Origin: Eledone cirrhosa
Taxonomy: Eukaryota
NCBI GenBank assembly: GCA_964016885.1
Contig: OZ024740.1
Coordinates: forward strand, 133,052,001-133,116,000
Length of the DNA stretch: 64,000 bases
Reading direction: 5' to 3'
The position numbers were made by a program, and so were the translations under genes. A model generated the notes under the pieces. That model was given only the letters and a program-made list of their open reading frames with translations. It did no database searches and was not told the DNA's origin. Positions 24,641 to 37,974 of the stretch are shown here, one piece after another (within the stretch, counting starts at the first letter, position 1; each line of letters begins with the position of its first letter).

Positions 24641-27600
24641 GCCTTCTCAATATAGTTGTTTTCTACATCTTTGCTTTCCATTTCTCCGTTGCATACCAAC
24701 TACTCTATGTTGTTTTACACACACCAACATTGCTTAGTGAAAAATATTGACCTTTAGTTATTAATTATTCAACACCACCTATGACACATACTGACAGCAC
24801 CAGCTATAAATAAATAAATATCTCTTACGAGCTCAAAAACAATCAAGTACATTTTTCCCGCCTCGGCCTTACCATACCAACTGAGACGCAAACCTATTTA
24901 GTTTACTTTGAGCTCAATTTTGACCAACAATAGCTACAAAACAACCAGCCCGGTAAATCACATTCTACTTTATCAAATACATATCATACCATTAATGTAT
25001 CCTTCATACGAGCAATAAGCTAAAACTCTCAAACAAACCAGTATGTTTCTAGTCTTAATTGCAACACATTGCTATGCATCGTTATGCTATCTCAGTGTGC
25101 ATCCATGTATATCACACTTCTTATCTCCCACACTATCCCACCACATCCGCATAATATTGTCCGAATCTAATTTTTCCCCATAAGTGCAACATCCATTTTT
25201 CAAAACATTTACAGTGTGAATAATCCTGATATGGAATATAATTGCTAGTTACAATTTGATCTACAATTCCTTTCAGTTCACTCTTTCTTAAGCATGGTAT
25301 GAATTGGTATGCTCAACTTACTCATATATGAATTAAACAAAGTATAACGAGCCCTTAACTCCTGATGGAGTGGAAGGCTGGTGTTCTGATATATGGCGTA
25401 TATGTGCATTTTAAACATGGGGGGTCTATCAATCTCCAGGCCAGAAAACATGCCAAATATTTCAAGAGAAGGATAAAAAGAGAGAGATGGAGAATTAGAG
25501 AGGGTGAGATGGAGAGAGAGTTAAAAAGAGAAGGGATGATAAATAGAGATAGAGAAAGAGTCGAAGATACAAATGATGAAAATCAAAGGGATTTCACCAC
25601 GGAGCGAAGCAGGCCGTAACAAATAAGGAGGCATTTAAGCACACATCTTATAAATGTATGTATATATGTAAGTATTGCTTGGTGAGGAGGGTGATTTTGG
25701 ACATCCTACGGGATGAAAAGCAGGAGAGTCAACGGCCATCTGATAAAGATAATTTCTTCTGGAGTGTGATACTCGTAGTCTTCATTAAGACATCTCGGAG
25801 ATGATATAAAACCTGCGACTTCGTTTGAATCCAATTACGTAGACCAGTACTTCTTTTCGGGTAAACGCATTCGCTAATCAGAGAGTGAGATCGGCTCCGT
25901 GCAAAGCCTTCCTCCACTTAAAAAAGCTTCAAACACAGATATCGCTTGATATGTGACATTCTTTTCGATGCATGGCATGGCTGGCCATAGGGATGTCCTT
26001 AACCGGACTCAAAAGCCGCATCAAGCGATGGCATTATTCGAGATTGAGTTGCTGCCATCCTGTATGTATGTATGTAAACAAGCTGCTCACTATTCCACAG
26101 ACACGTGTCCCTGTAAGTTAGTTCTCATGGAGATTCAGTGAGATGAAAATGTATGGATGGATAGATGGTTGTATGAATGGAATGATAGATGGATGAATGG
26201 ATGCATGTATATATGAATCTTCTGCTTTAAATATATGTTCGCCACTATAATGAGTGTTAGTTTCTACCGAAGAAACAAGACTCTTTCATTGGATTTTAGA
26301 CATCAACCAGCTAAATACGTATGTATATCATTATGTGTTGGTGTATGTGGGATGTGCGCGTGCTGATAAGTGTGTTGTTGCATTTATCAATCTGTTTGTT
26401 TTGAGATATGACTGTAGACGTATTTATTTTTCTATATCAATAAATGTGTATATGCAGTTATTACAGTTTGAATTTCTGAAACATTTGACATATTTGTATA
26501 GTACCATTAATGGACAGTACTTGCGACTTCCTAACTAACCGTGCCCTTTCTGGTTCTGTGAAGCCGAGTTTCTAAACATTTGTAGTAATATTAGTAACAT
26601 ATCCCAGAGATTCAATGAATCAGAAGGTATAGTCAGAGAGATATATCTGCAGGTTCCTCATTAGTTCAGTGTGAATATTCTCCTTTTCGCCAATCGTTGG
26701 CATTTTATTGACATCTGCTGGGAACCTGATTACTACTATGTCCCATATCACTATGTACATTTATTTATGTTTGAATTTTGTTGGAAACATTCCATCAGTA
26801 TACTTTCATATTAGGTTTGTATATGCTATCGTTCCTACGGATTGCATTCTATGTATTAGCCACTGTCTGATGCCTCATTAGTAAAAAGCATCATGATGAC
26901 ATCTTTGGACAGCTGTATATGATATGGGTGACATCTTGGATGTTTATTCCATAGTGTTTGCATCTGTTGTCACATATAGGTATTTTGTCTGCATCACTGT
27001 TACTTTTGTGCATTAAGTACTTCGTGAGGCAATATCCCAGTTGTTGGTTCAGGATAGACTGCTTTCCTTAACTACATTACTCTCATGTTAAACGTTTCTG
27101 GCAATATAGCCATGCATATTTTGCTGATAAACATGCAGGTATTCATCCAGAGAATGATTTCCCTAGCAGTGACATGTTGATTATCATGCAAAGAGTATTT
27201 CTCAAGGATCTTCTTCGTCACTCTCATGATGTTATCTGTTCTATATAAGGGTTTCTATGCATATTGATTCGTAGATGTTGTCGGAGGATTATGATGCTAC
27301 AATCAACTACTGTTTGGACTGTTATTAAGCCTCTCCCTCTCTCTTGACATTTCACGTAGAGTTAGTAAATGTAATTGCTGACTTAGCTAGAATGTTTCGG
27401 GTTTTAACATCAATTGCTTGGACTTCATCTAACGTCCAGTCAAGTTGTCCAATCGCTGTGTTAGGACAGCCACAGCAATCGCAGTTTGGGCTACTGATTT
27501 ATTTTGAGCAGATAATTTACTATACCAAATATTTTATTCATATGTTATATTTTCTGTTTACTCATTGCTTGTTAAGATACTATCATAGTATATATTTTCA

Positions 27601-29646
27601 TTTACCGCTATATATATGTAGCAGTCTTCATCGGATAGTGGTGAAACAGCCAAGCCATTGATATACATTTTACTAGATTGGCTGGCAGTTTTTCCTCAGT
27701 TTGCAATCATGTAAGAACATTTATCTTGGCCAAACTCCATTCTTATATCTTTCGAGAAAATGTAACTGGGTCAACGTTTTCTTCATATTATTTATACTTT
27801 TCATTTACGTAAGTATTTTCCCAAAATGGCTAACTGAACACACGCGTGCTTTTACTCCAAACATTCTTTTTCTATCCTTTCCTTTTTTCAATCACTATCC
27901 TTCTATTTCTCCTTTTGTTTATCATTCTGTCTCCCGAGGGAGAACTGTTCGAAATGTTAAGAATATTTTCCTATTATAGCAAGCTTTAAACTAATATATA
28001 TTTGTTATTGTTCTGTATTATACATATATATATATACGCGCGCGGGCGTATGTGTGTGTTTGTGCGTTCGTATATCTGTGTACGTGTATGGGTGCACATG
28101 CTGGTGTGCATGTGATATGTGTGACAGCGTGTGCCTGTGTTTTCTCTATACGTGGGTGTTCTCTATATGTTTATGAGTATTCATTCACATCGATATGACA
28201 TTTCCTAAAGATGATGCATAGCTTAATAGTTAGCTATGTTTAGATAAGCCGTACATGTTCCATCTAAACATGTTAATATTTAATGAGATATATTCTACCG
28301 TACTATGAACAATCTTCGAATGTTTATATTATGATACTTCGATCAATTGCTACCGAAAGTTTATACCTCTTCATACAACAAACATGTATATTACCATTAG
28401 ATTTTCACAAGACAATATCTCTTGCTATTTGCCACGTGGACACATACTTTCCCAAACTCTGTTTATTTGTACCAGATTATTCCTTTAATGATGGAGGCTG
28501 TAGAAGATTTTATATATAAAATTAAAAAATATGTACATGATCGACTGGCTTAGAAAGTTATATCACAGACATGTTCTTTTATATTCGTCACCGCTGCTCG
28601 ACACTTTGAACAACAATCTTCGGCTATAGCTTCAGGTTATTTTGACGGCATAATGAACTCAAATCTTAATAATAATTAATCCAAAACATTTGATATGCTG
28701 AAAATTAAGCTCATGACATTTTAATGAATAGAAATGGAACTGTAACATATCGCTGTCGTCGGGTTTTGCGAAACTAAAATATATATTTATAAGAATTTAA
28801 GATCGTGTATATATACGTCTAATATTTAAACGTATATATTTATATATATATTTACGTATATATTTTACGATTTTGCAGATGTGCAACGAAAGATTTATGT
28901 AAATTATGTAAACTATATATATGTGTTTGTGTCTATATTGTATCTGTATTATTTTTGACCGTCGGTCAGTCAATGGCAACATTGAGGACCGAGTAAGTTA
29001 GATCGCAGATATAAAAGACAGCGAGAAGCGAAAACCAACCAAACAGTGAGTGTGTTCTGTTATTAATTCTGGCAATATTACGCAAATATGACCCTCCCCA
29101 AGTATAAATATATTTATATAAATATATATATATATATATTTATTAAAATAACAGATTAAAATTATTATTACTATATATATATTGTTATACCTTGGGAAGG
29201 TCATGTTGTCAATAAGAAACACACGCACCAGTTGCTTTCACTTCTCTTCAATGACTAGGGATTCTTTTCTTTGTTTTGTGCCTCTCCTTTGTTCTGTCCT
29301 ACACCATCTTGTTTTTGTGTGTGTTGTGTGCTTAGTTTGCGTATGTGTTACATCTGGGTGTCTGTGTGTCTTTTTATTTGTTTATTTATTTGTTTATTTA
29401 CATGTTATTAGTTGGTTGTTTGTTCTATGTTATTGCAACATGGCCCTCCCAAAGTATAACAATATCGGTTTCAACACACGTTTTCAAATAAAGAATCTTG
29501 CTAAACAAATTCATTATCTGTGTGTATATATATATATATATAAATATATATATATATCCAAAATTAAAATTAAGAGTTGTCATGTCTGAGAGACATGCGC
29601 CATATCCACTGTAGAATAAGCTCAAAGATTAGATCCGAACATTACG

Positions 29647-30167
29647 TATCAACTAGAAATAGATTGACATATATATATATATATATATAAAATAAACATA
29701 TGAAACAATCACAGGGAATAGTTTGTAAAGAATGTAATCACACATAGCTAGGTAGGTAACTAATTAAAGTTTAACTAGAACTTCAAATATAGATACCTTT
29801 TAAAATGATTAATCCCCTTTGTATATATTTATTTAAGTAATAAATATATTTCACCTATTAATACGTAAATCACAGCAGTTAAATTATTGGATGTTCACCA
29901 CATGGTTATCTTCTTCTCCTTTGGTGAACATCCAATAATTTAACTGCTGTGATTTACGGATTAATAGGTGAAATATATTTCTTACTTAAAGAAATATATT
30001 CAGAGGAGATTAATCATTTTAAAAGGTATCTATATTTGAAGTTCTAGTTAAACTTTAATTAGTTACATACCTAGCTATGTGTGCTTAAATTCTTTACAAA
30101 TTATTCCCTGTGATTGTTTCATATGTTTATTTTATACATATATATGACAATCTATTTCTAGTTGATA
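29647..30167. repeat. ~520 bp palindrome of two inverted Penelope pLTR-like arms
   Basis: atcaactagaaatagattg...ttggatgttcacca / tggtgaacatccaa...caatctatttctagttgat; spacer 29901-29921; a third arm copy lies at 44183-44552. Confidence 0.88.
29916..30008 (+). ncRNA. Type I hammerhead ribozyme, G3-C8 variant core
   Basis: CUCCUUUG-GUGAACA-[UCC..GGU]-GAAA-UAUAUUUCUU-ACUUA-AAGAAAUAUA-UU-CAGAGGAG; 8-bp stem I, 10-bp stem III. Confidence 0.7.
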
Positions 30168-30183
30168 TATGTATATATTTTTG

Positions 30184-30240
<57 letters not shown>

Positions 30241-30262
30241 ACAGACCCTCCATCTCAACTCA

Positions 30263-30300
30263 CCTTTTGAAAAGCAGAAGAACTGCGAAACCGGTAAAGG
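30263..30300 (+). ncRNA. Minimal type I hammerhead ribozyme, U3-A8 variant core
   Basis: CCUU-UUGAAAA-GCAG-AAGAA-CUGC-GAAA-CCGG-UA-AAGG; every stem pairs, palindromic stem III, GUA triplet. Confidence 0.75.
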
Positions 30301-30431
30301 AACCAAATAAATATAAATATTTTTTAAAAAAATAAGACTCCAGTTGCATTTTCGATTTCATCTCTTTTTCTTTATACTTTCACTCGTGTAGGACACCTCG
30401 GTTATTTTTCATTTTGTAAAAAAAACCTCAC

Positions 30432-30492
<61 letters not shown>

Positions 30493-32137
30493 AATGTATA
30501 TGTGTATCTCTATGTACATGTATATGTATATGTGTATGTATATGTATATACGTATGCCATTCTATTAAGCACCAACACGTGATCCTTGGTGCCTGTAGCG
30601 GTTTTTATTTTATTGCAATTTTTCTCTGAGGATAACCTGATATACTAATCATCTATTTGAAAAACATTGAACATTCAATTGACTGCTGACAACATCGAGT
30701 TCCAAGCTAATCTGAAACCAAGGACGTATAAATTAATATGACATTGGAAGACAACCAGCGATGAAGCCGATCTGACAATTGTGTATATAAATAATTGACG
30801 AACTTATTTTAAACTCTAAACATAGGGTTGAGTTTCAGAAAAAAATTAATCTCATTTTGCCTTATATGTTTTGTACTTCTCTCAACATAAATAGTAAGGT
30901 CCTATATCTTGATGCTGCATATAATATTGGATACGACTTATGAACTGGTCTGAAAAAAGTCACAAATCTCTTTACAAATTATTGAACTACACACGTAGTA
31001 AGAAGAAGTAGTCAAATCCGATTTACTCATGCTTTGAAAGCCAAGATATGGCGTGAGTTTACGTGAATCAGCGATGAAATTTCATTAACAATTCTAATTA
31101 ACAATTATCCTCAATCATTTATAATCCCCACCCATTCTGTTGGGTATCATTACGCACTTTAACCAATAATTATTCTTAAATATCCCCACCTTTGGATAGT
31201 ACAACCTTCCAAAGTAATTCTATTTACATACCGAAGATCTATTATACATCTGATATTCTCATAACACTCCAATCACAATATAACCGTTAATGTTTATATC
31301 CCGACAGATTATATAGCGGCTCTTCATTGTGTTGTTTTTAACCCCGAGAATCAATTGCCAAAATCAGTAATTACATTCTCGATAGTAAACTGCACTCCAA
31401 ATGATGTTTCCATTTTCAATACCCTACATCTGTATATATAGATTAAATACATTTCTAGATTACTAGAGACATTATCTTTGTATCTATTTTCTATATTGCC
31501 TTATGGTGAGTGATTGAATTATATGATACATGAGTTTTTAACCAATAAAAATGATTGCTGAATTATGGAAGAAATATCAGATTTTATGTGAAGACCAATG
31601 TGAAAATACTAAATAATCAATCATATTATCTCTTAACAAATTACTTGATTGATATTTCTAGAGAAATATTTGCTTTTAATGATACTTATCACGACTTTCA
31701 AACAGAAATCAGAATGTGTTATTTAGTGTGTGACGTGTTTATTCAGTTGACCATTTGAAATCGTTATAATGTACAACTGCAAATCAAATTCGGATCTACT
31801 TTATGTCATTGATACAGTAATTCTCCAGTTTTTTATGCCTTTTGATATGGGAATTCGGTTAGTTGGCATCATTCTCTTCTGTATGTAAATTTACTATTTT
31901 GGGAATTTGTTTCGGAATATTTCATCATATATCTCGTGTAAATATATACGTATGATACAAAGAATATTTACATATACCCTCATATTGTGTCCTATTTGCT
32001 GCTAGATAAACCTTGTCAATGCTAATATACAATCAACTTTCAATTGTTATATTTATCTAGAAATGATTTCACATATGTCTTCTTCAGAAAGAATGGTGTT
32101 AGAATCGTTTAATGTTCAACAACATTATGATATATAA

Positions 32138-32323
32138 CGGCGGTGGATTGGCAGTATCGGTAGAGGGTATGACGCCATACTTTGACGCATAGAGTTACGG
32201 CCCTTGCCATTCTGAGTTCAAATCCCGCCGAGGTTAACTTTGCCTTTCATCCTTACGGGGTCGATAAAATAAAGTACCAGTAATCCACTGGTAATTGCAG
32301 GCCTTGTTCCAAAGGTAGAAACA
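32138..32323 (+). mobile_element. tRNA-derived SINE with 14-bp TSD
   Basis: B box gagttcaaatcc; TSD attatgatatataa at 32124-32137 and 32324-32337. Confidence 0.9.
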
Positions 32324-32613
32324 ATTATGATATATAAATGTAATATATTTCTACAGCTCAAATTATCTGAAACTAAATCATTAAAAAAGTATTACTTATT
32401 ATGAATATATATTAAATTACCAACGAGTTATAATAAATGATAGCGTAATATATTTCATATATTTTAACAATTGCTTTTCTGCGAGAGTTTACAAGTATTT
32501 TGTCATAAAGAGCCCTAATATTCTATTCAATTTGAATTTCCACAACGCTCATTGGAAGCCAAATCAAAGAGATATCCTGTTAGTCTACTTAAGGAACACA
32601 TCGATATTAAACT

Positions 32614-32856
32614 GTGCCCGGTTTTAATCGGTTGCTCTCCGACAGATTTGCGGTCGATCCCCTAGCAGTGGAGACTTCTGGTGTCCTTGGCCCTTGGGCT
32701 ACCTCCCTACATATCATCACAAGCACTGAACTGGCTAGCCGCAGGTGTGAGCCTCGCGAGATGGAATGGTTCTTCCAACGCATCTCCCTTACCATCCTCT
32801 GGGGAAACGCGTTCTCAATTCTGTCCGCTGGGGCCATGGGGCTGGCCAGCGCGTGA
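32614..32856 (+). pseudogene. CRE-clade non-LTR retrotransposon C-terminal (RLE) fragment
   Basis: PLAVETSGVLGP..EPREMEWFFQRISLTILWGNAFSIL resembles the CRE-type terminal motif (P.AVET.G..G...QR.S.....GNA.SI). Confidence 0.7.
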
Positions 32857-32975
32857 AACCCCATAATACAGGGAGATGGGAAGGGCGAGAGAGATGGATG
32901 CGATGACGGTGGGAGTTCGGCTCTTCTTTGTTCGGACCTGCTGTGCAGCGTCAGTTGTCCGTAGGGAAGTCGTGA

Positions 32976-33037
<62 letters not shown>

Positions 33038-33417
33038 GGTATCATATCACTACTTACATATAAAATATAATTTCCTGCCGCCACGTAAATCTGTAAATCG
33101 GTGGCCGATCGGGGGTCGGAGTTGTATCAGATTCCAGTTGCTATTCACTTTAATGTGCCGGCCGTCACAAACAGTCTCAGCCGGCATGGACTGGAATTGA
33201 ATTCTGTCGATCGATTGGTTATTGATTTGGCGATACACGCTGTATTAAGTGTTGCTGAAACTCGAGTCCGGGAACTAATTTAGGCACCCGTCTACGTGTG
33301 TTGTATTGAAGCGAATAACTATGTGTATACTCTGGAATGTGTTCTACATTATCTATTGAGTACGCTGAAATAGAACCGATCCTGGCATTATTAAATATGC
33401 TGGGTCCGTCAACTCCT

Positions 33418-33496
<79 letters not shown>

Positions 33497-33697
33497 TTAG
33501 TTCACCTGTTGTGTTACCATTTATACGTAACTCGTCCCATGGACTGAGCGCTCTACCACTACAGATATTATCTTCCAGTTGTCTACCTTTCTATATATAT
33601 ATATATATATAACGAAGGAAATGTGGTAAGAAACTAGATGGAACATAACGCACCAGAGTACTCAATACTTAGGGTAGTGGAGTGGGTTATAAATAAC

Positions 33698-33748
33698 CGT
33701 TTCGACGGCTATTTCTGGACTGAGTCCATAAATAGCCGTCGAAACGGC
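33698..33748. repeat. 51-bp near-perfect hairpin
   Basis: ccgtttcgacggctattt-c-tggact-g-agtcca-t-aaatagccgtcgaaacgg. Confidence 0.9.
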
Positions 33749-33895
33749 TTGAGCTCTATCGTCGGGGTCATAATTTTTCCTATATATAGTAATAATAAAT
33801 TAGAAGACTAAAATCCAAAGAGGGTTCGATAAGGATAAATATATATCAAATATATAAGAACCGTAGAGCAAATATTTATTAAAATAACAGATTAA

Positions 33896-33946
33896 AGTTT
33901 AACCAAAGAATCGCTGCTTTCACCCTTAACGGGATCTTCTGAAACT
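33896..33946 (-). ncRNA. Hammerhead-like motif in the inverted pLTR (CAGAAGA core)
   Basis: AGUUU-CAGAAGA-UCCC-GUUAA-GGGU-GAAA-GCAG..UUGG-UU-AAACU; stem III mismatch. Confidence 0.45.
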
Positions 33947-34383
33947 AACAAAGTCAATCTGTGAACGCAGAAGTGAATATTTCAAAAAACGTTGCAACCG
34001 GAGGAAGACAGGAAGATGATACTTTGGTTCGTGGAAACGTTCCCTGGCAAAGAACTGGAAAAAACGAATATAATACGTCATTATTAGGAGCGGTAAAAAA
34101 CAATTACACGCAAAGACAGAATCACGTTTATGGTATAAAAGAAGTCGTAGACTAAAATTCTAACTAGGAAACCGAATGATTCTCGGCTTCAGACTTAAGA
34201 AAAAAGTAAATAAAATACAGAGTAATTGTTTTTCACCGCTCCTAATAATGACCTATTATATTCGTTTTTTCCCGTTCTTTGCCAGGGAACGTTTCCACGA
34301 ACCAAAGTATTTTCTTCCTGTCTTCCTCCGGTTGCAACGTTTTTTGAAATATTCACTTCTGCGCTCACAGATTGATTTTTGTT

Positions 34384-34434
34384 AGTTTCAGAAGATCCCG
34401 TTAAGTGTGAAAGCAGCGATTCTTTGCTTAAACT
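34384..34434 (+). ncRNA. Hammerhead-like motif in the 5' direct pLTR (CAGAAGA core)
   Basis: AGUUU-CAGAAGA-UCCC-GUUAA-GUGU-GAAA-GCAG-CGAUUCU-UUGC-UU-AAACU; stem II mismatch. Confidence 0.5.
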
Positions 34435-34560
34435 TTAATCTGTTATTTTAATAAATATTTGCTCTACGGTTCTTATATATTTGATATATATTTATACTTA
34501 TCGAGCCCTCTTTGGATTTTAGTCTTCTAATTTATTATTATGACTATTTAGCTCCCTCGG

Positions 34561-36715
34561 TTGAGCACTCTATTGACTTATATTCATCATGCAGAAACAA
34601 CATCTGAATATTTCTACAAAGAACATACCCGTACTAAGCAGGAAAACATACCTAAACTCCTGATACAGAAAACTGACGCGTTCATTAAAAGGTTGCGTTG
34701 GCGTGCCTTTTATTTCGATAATCAGCGAAAAACAGACAACAAACAGGATAAATTTGGATTTAAAACCTATAATAACGCTCCGTGTATCCCAGCATTGCTA
34801 CGCTTCGAAAATGATGTCTTGGAACTCATACGGAGTATCAAATTTCGGAATAGGAGCAATTCCTTCCAGCAGAACCTGAAGAATAGAATTCGTTCTATTA
34901 AGGATTCTAATGCCGTGCATGTCAATTCCTACAAAACTGGCAACCTATATCAACTGGAGCGCAGTACTTACCATCAACTACTACATAATGCTGTAACTAA
35001 GGATTACCGTAAAACTAATCGGTGCGACATTAATGAAATCAACGATGCTGGGTTTAAAATCACCTCTGATCTCAACATCCTGGACCGAACCGAACCTCTG
35101 GAACCTATTTCTCCCCACTTTACCCTGAACGATCACAAATCCAATTTTCCGAACAACCACTCTATTTGGTTCATTAACCCTACGAAGTCCGATTTAGGTA
35201 GACTTAGTAAAAGGATTCTTGATAGAATGACACCTGAAATTAGAAATTTGGCCCCTCTTGCACTGTGGAACAATTCTTTCGCGGTGATTGATTGGTTCAA
35301 CGGCATATGCAACGAGTACATTGCCGTTTTATCCAATTCGACATCAATAATTACTACTCCTCCATCACTTTACCACTTCTCCTTAGAGCTATACATTTCG
35401 CTAAAACACTCACAGGGGTTAAGGATTTCGAAGTTGATGTCAACCTCAATGCCCTTAAGACGGTGATTAATTTCGACGACTCTATTTGGATTAAACAATC
35501 TAATATTACCCCATTCGACGTGAGTATGGGCGCCAGCGATTCTGCGGACGTTACTGATCTTATCAGCCTTTTCCTTCTTTTCTCTATCAAGGACGAATTG
35601 CCCAATGTAGGTAGTGTTTTGTAGCGTGATGATGGTCTTCTGACCATGACTAAGTGCGGCCCACGTGCTTGCGACAGGTTCAGAAAAGAACTCACAGCCA
35701 TCTTTAAAGGTTTCAACCTCTCTATACAGGTCGAGGCCAACCTCTCGGTCGTTAATTACTTCGACGTTACCCTTAATTTATTGAATGGCTTGTTTTACCC
35801 GTATAGAAAGCCGAATGATACGCTTAATTACATAAGTAAGCATTCTAACCCTCCTGCCAGCATAACCAAGAACCTGGTAAGAAACGTTTCTTTGAGGCTT
35901 TCCTGTCTATCTACTAACGAACATATTTTCAACGACCATTCCACATATTACAATGAAGCTCTTGCTCGGAGTGGATTTGTCGATAAGGTAGCAGAAAAAA
36001 GATTCGAGAATAGACCTAGAAGAAATAGATCCCAACGCATTATATGGTATAACCCACCATATAATATGGATGTGGCCACACTATTAGCTAAGATCTGTCT
36101 ATCCCTTATTACGAAACATTTTCCCCCTGCACATAAATATAGTAACATTTTTAATAGTAATAAAATTAAAATGTCTTACTCTATGACTCCTAACCTTGCA
36201 CATAACATCACAGCTTCAAATTTAGCTAAACTACCTAGCCGTAGGAACACGTGCAACCCTGTAGTTAGTACTAACTGTAATTGTAGGAATCGGGTTGACT
36301 GCCCCTATCCGGGGAATGCCTCTCTTGTATCATTGTCTACAAATGTAAGGTTGAAACACCCACATCCCATAGGGCCTAAATAGGGTTAACCGCCAATAGA
36401 TTCAAGCAGCGTCTTTACATACATACCCATTCTTTTCGTTACCCTCTAAGAAGGAATATGACATCACTTTCGGCTTATATCTGGAGTCTAAAAGACAACC
36501 AAATCCAATATAAGTTGCACTGGGAGATCCTAGCTACAGCTAGATCGTATAACGGAAATAAAAGACCATGGGACCTCTGCGCCGCTGAGGCCCTGGAAAT
36601 ACTCTACGCCACAGACCACATCTTAAACAAAAAATCTGAGGCAATTTCGGCTTGTAAACATGAATTGCACAAAACTTTCCTGTATTACAGTCCGACATTA
36701 TACCCTAACGGATAG
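34561..36715 (+). pseudogene. Penelope-like RT + GIY-YIG endonuclease, frameshifted
   Basis: FIKRLRWRAFYF, INPTKSDLG, QFDINNYYSSI, FDVSMG, *RDDGL, YFDVTLNL, PYRKPN, IIWYNPPY, CNCR..CP, IVYK..IGLT, LSAYIWSLK. Confidence 0.88.
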
Positions 36716-37470
36716 CACAATCTATACGCGGATATTTTACGTCTTGATGTGGTAGCTAAGTATATGTTATGTTTATACCATTACTTATTTGTATAGGTAA
36801 GTATATATTACCTGTATGTTTTGTGAAGGTACGTTTACTTTCTCGTACGTATATTTGATTGTATATGTTATGGCGTATATTATATATATTCTGGTACATA
36901 TGCTTTTGGTTATGTGTATACGTGAGTTTTGCGACTGTGTGAGTATGCGGGTTCGTACGTATGTAGGGTGTGTGTATATGTGTACTTCGTGTTTTGGTTG
37001 ACGTATGTCTCCGAACATATGTGTATTTACAAGTAGGTATGTGTGTGCGCTTGTTATTACGTATTTATTTAATTATATACTTTTATTTAATTTTTTGTAT
37101 ACACGCACACACACACACATATTTATATGTGCGTGTATTTGTATACCTATGGTGAGTGTTTTCGCGTATGCTTGTGTATGTACGTATATGGATGCGTGTA
37201 TGTATTTATTTAATTTCAATTACCTCTGTATTTTATTTACTTTTTTCTTAACTCTGAAGCCGAGAATCATTCGGTTTCCTAGTTAGAATTTTAGTCTACG
37301 ACTTTGCGTGCAATTGTTCTCCACGCTCCACATAGGACGTATTATCTTCGTTTTTTTTTCGTTCATTGCCAGAGAATGTCTCTATGAACCACCTAATAGA
37401 ATATTAGTCTACGACTTATAAAAGTGGTTTTTGTCTTTGCGTGTAATTGTTTTTCACCGCTCCTAATAAT

Positions 37471-37620
37471 TGTTTCTACTTTTGGCACAAGACCAGCAAT
37501 TACCCAGTGCATTACTGGTACTTTATTTTATCGACCCCGTAAGGATGAAAGGTAAAGTTAACCTTGGCAGGATTTGAACTCAGAATGGCAAGGGCCTTAA
37601 CTCTATGCTGCAAAGCATAG
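37471..37620 (-). mobile_element. 5'-truncated SINE inserted in the Penelope 3' pLTR, 17-bp TSD
   Basis: TSD tcaccgctcctaataat at 37454-37470 and 37621-37637; empty site visible at 34233-34249. Confidence 0.92.
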
Positions 37621-37770
37621 TCACCGCTCCTAATAATGACGTATTATATTCGTTTTTTTCCCGTTCTTTGCCAGGGAACGTTACCACGAACCAAAGTATC
37701 TGTTCCTGTCTTCCTCCGGTTGCAAGGTTTTTTGAAATATTCACTTCTGCGTTCACATATTGACTTTGTT

Positions 37771-37821
37771 AGTTTCAGAAGATCCCGTTAAGGGTGAAAG
37801 CAGCGATTCTTTGCTTAAATT
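37771..37821 (+). ncRNA. Hammerhead-like motif in the 3' pLTR (CAGAAGA core)
   Basis: AGUUU-CAGAAGA-UCCC-GUUAA-GGGU-GAAA-GCAG-CGAUUCU-UUGC-UU-AAAUU; best-paired of the three copies. Confidence 0.55.
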
Positions 37822-37834
37822 TAATGTTATTTTA

Positions 37835-37974
<140 letters not shown>

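Noticed and set aside
26500-27450. Very old LINE-like remnants (also ~31250-31430 with IICRDININ on minus)
   Set aside because: Too degenerate to assign boundaries or clade by eye
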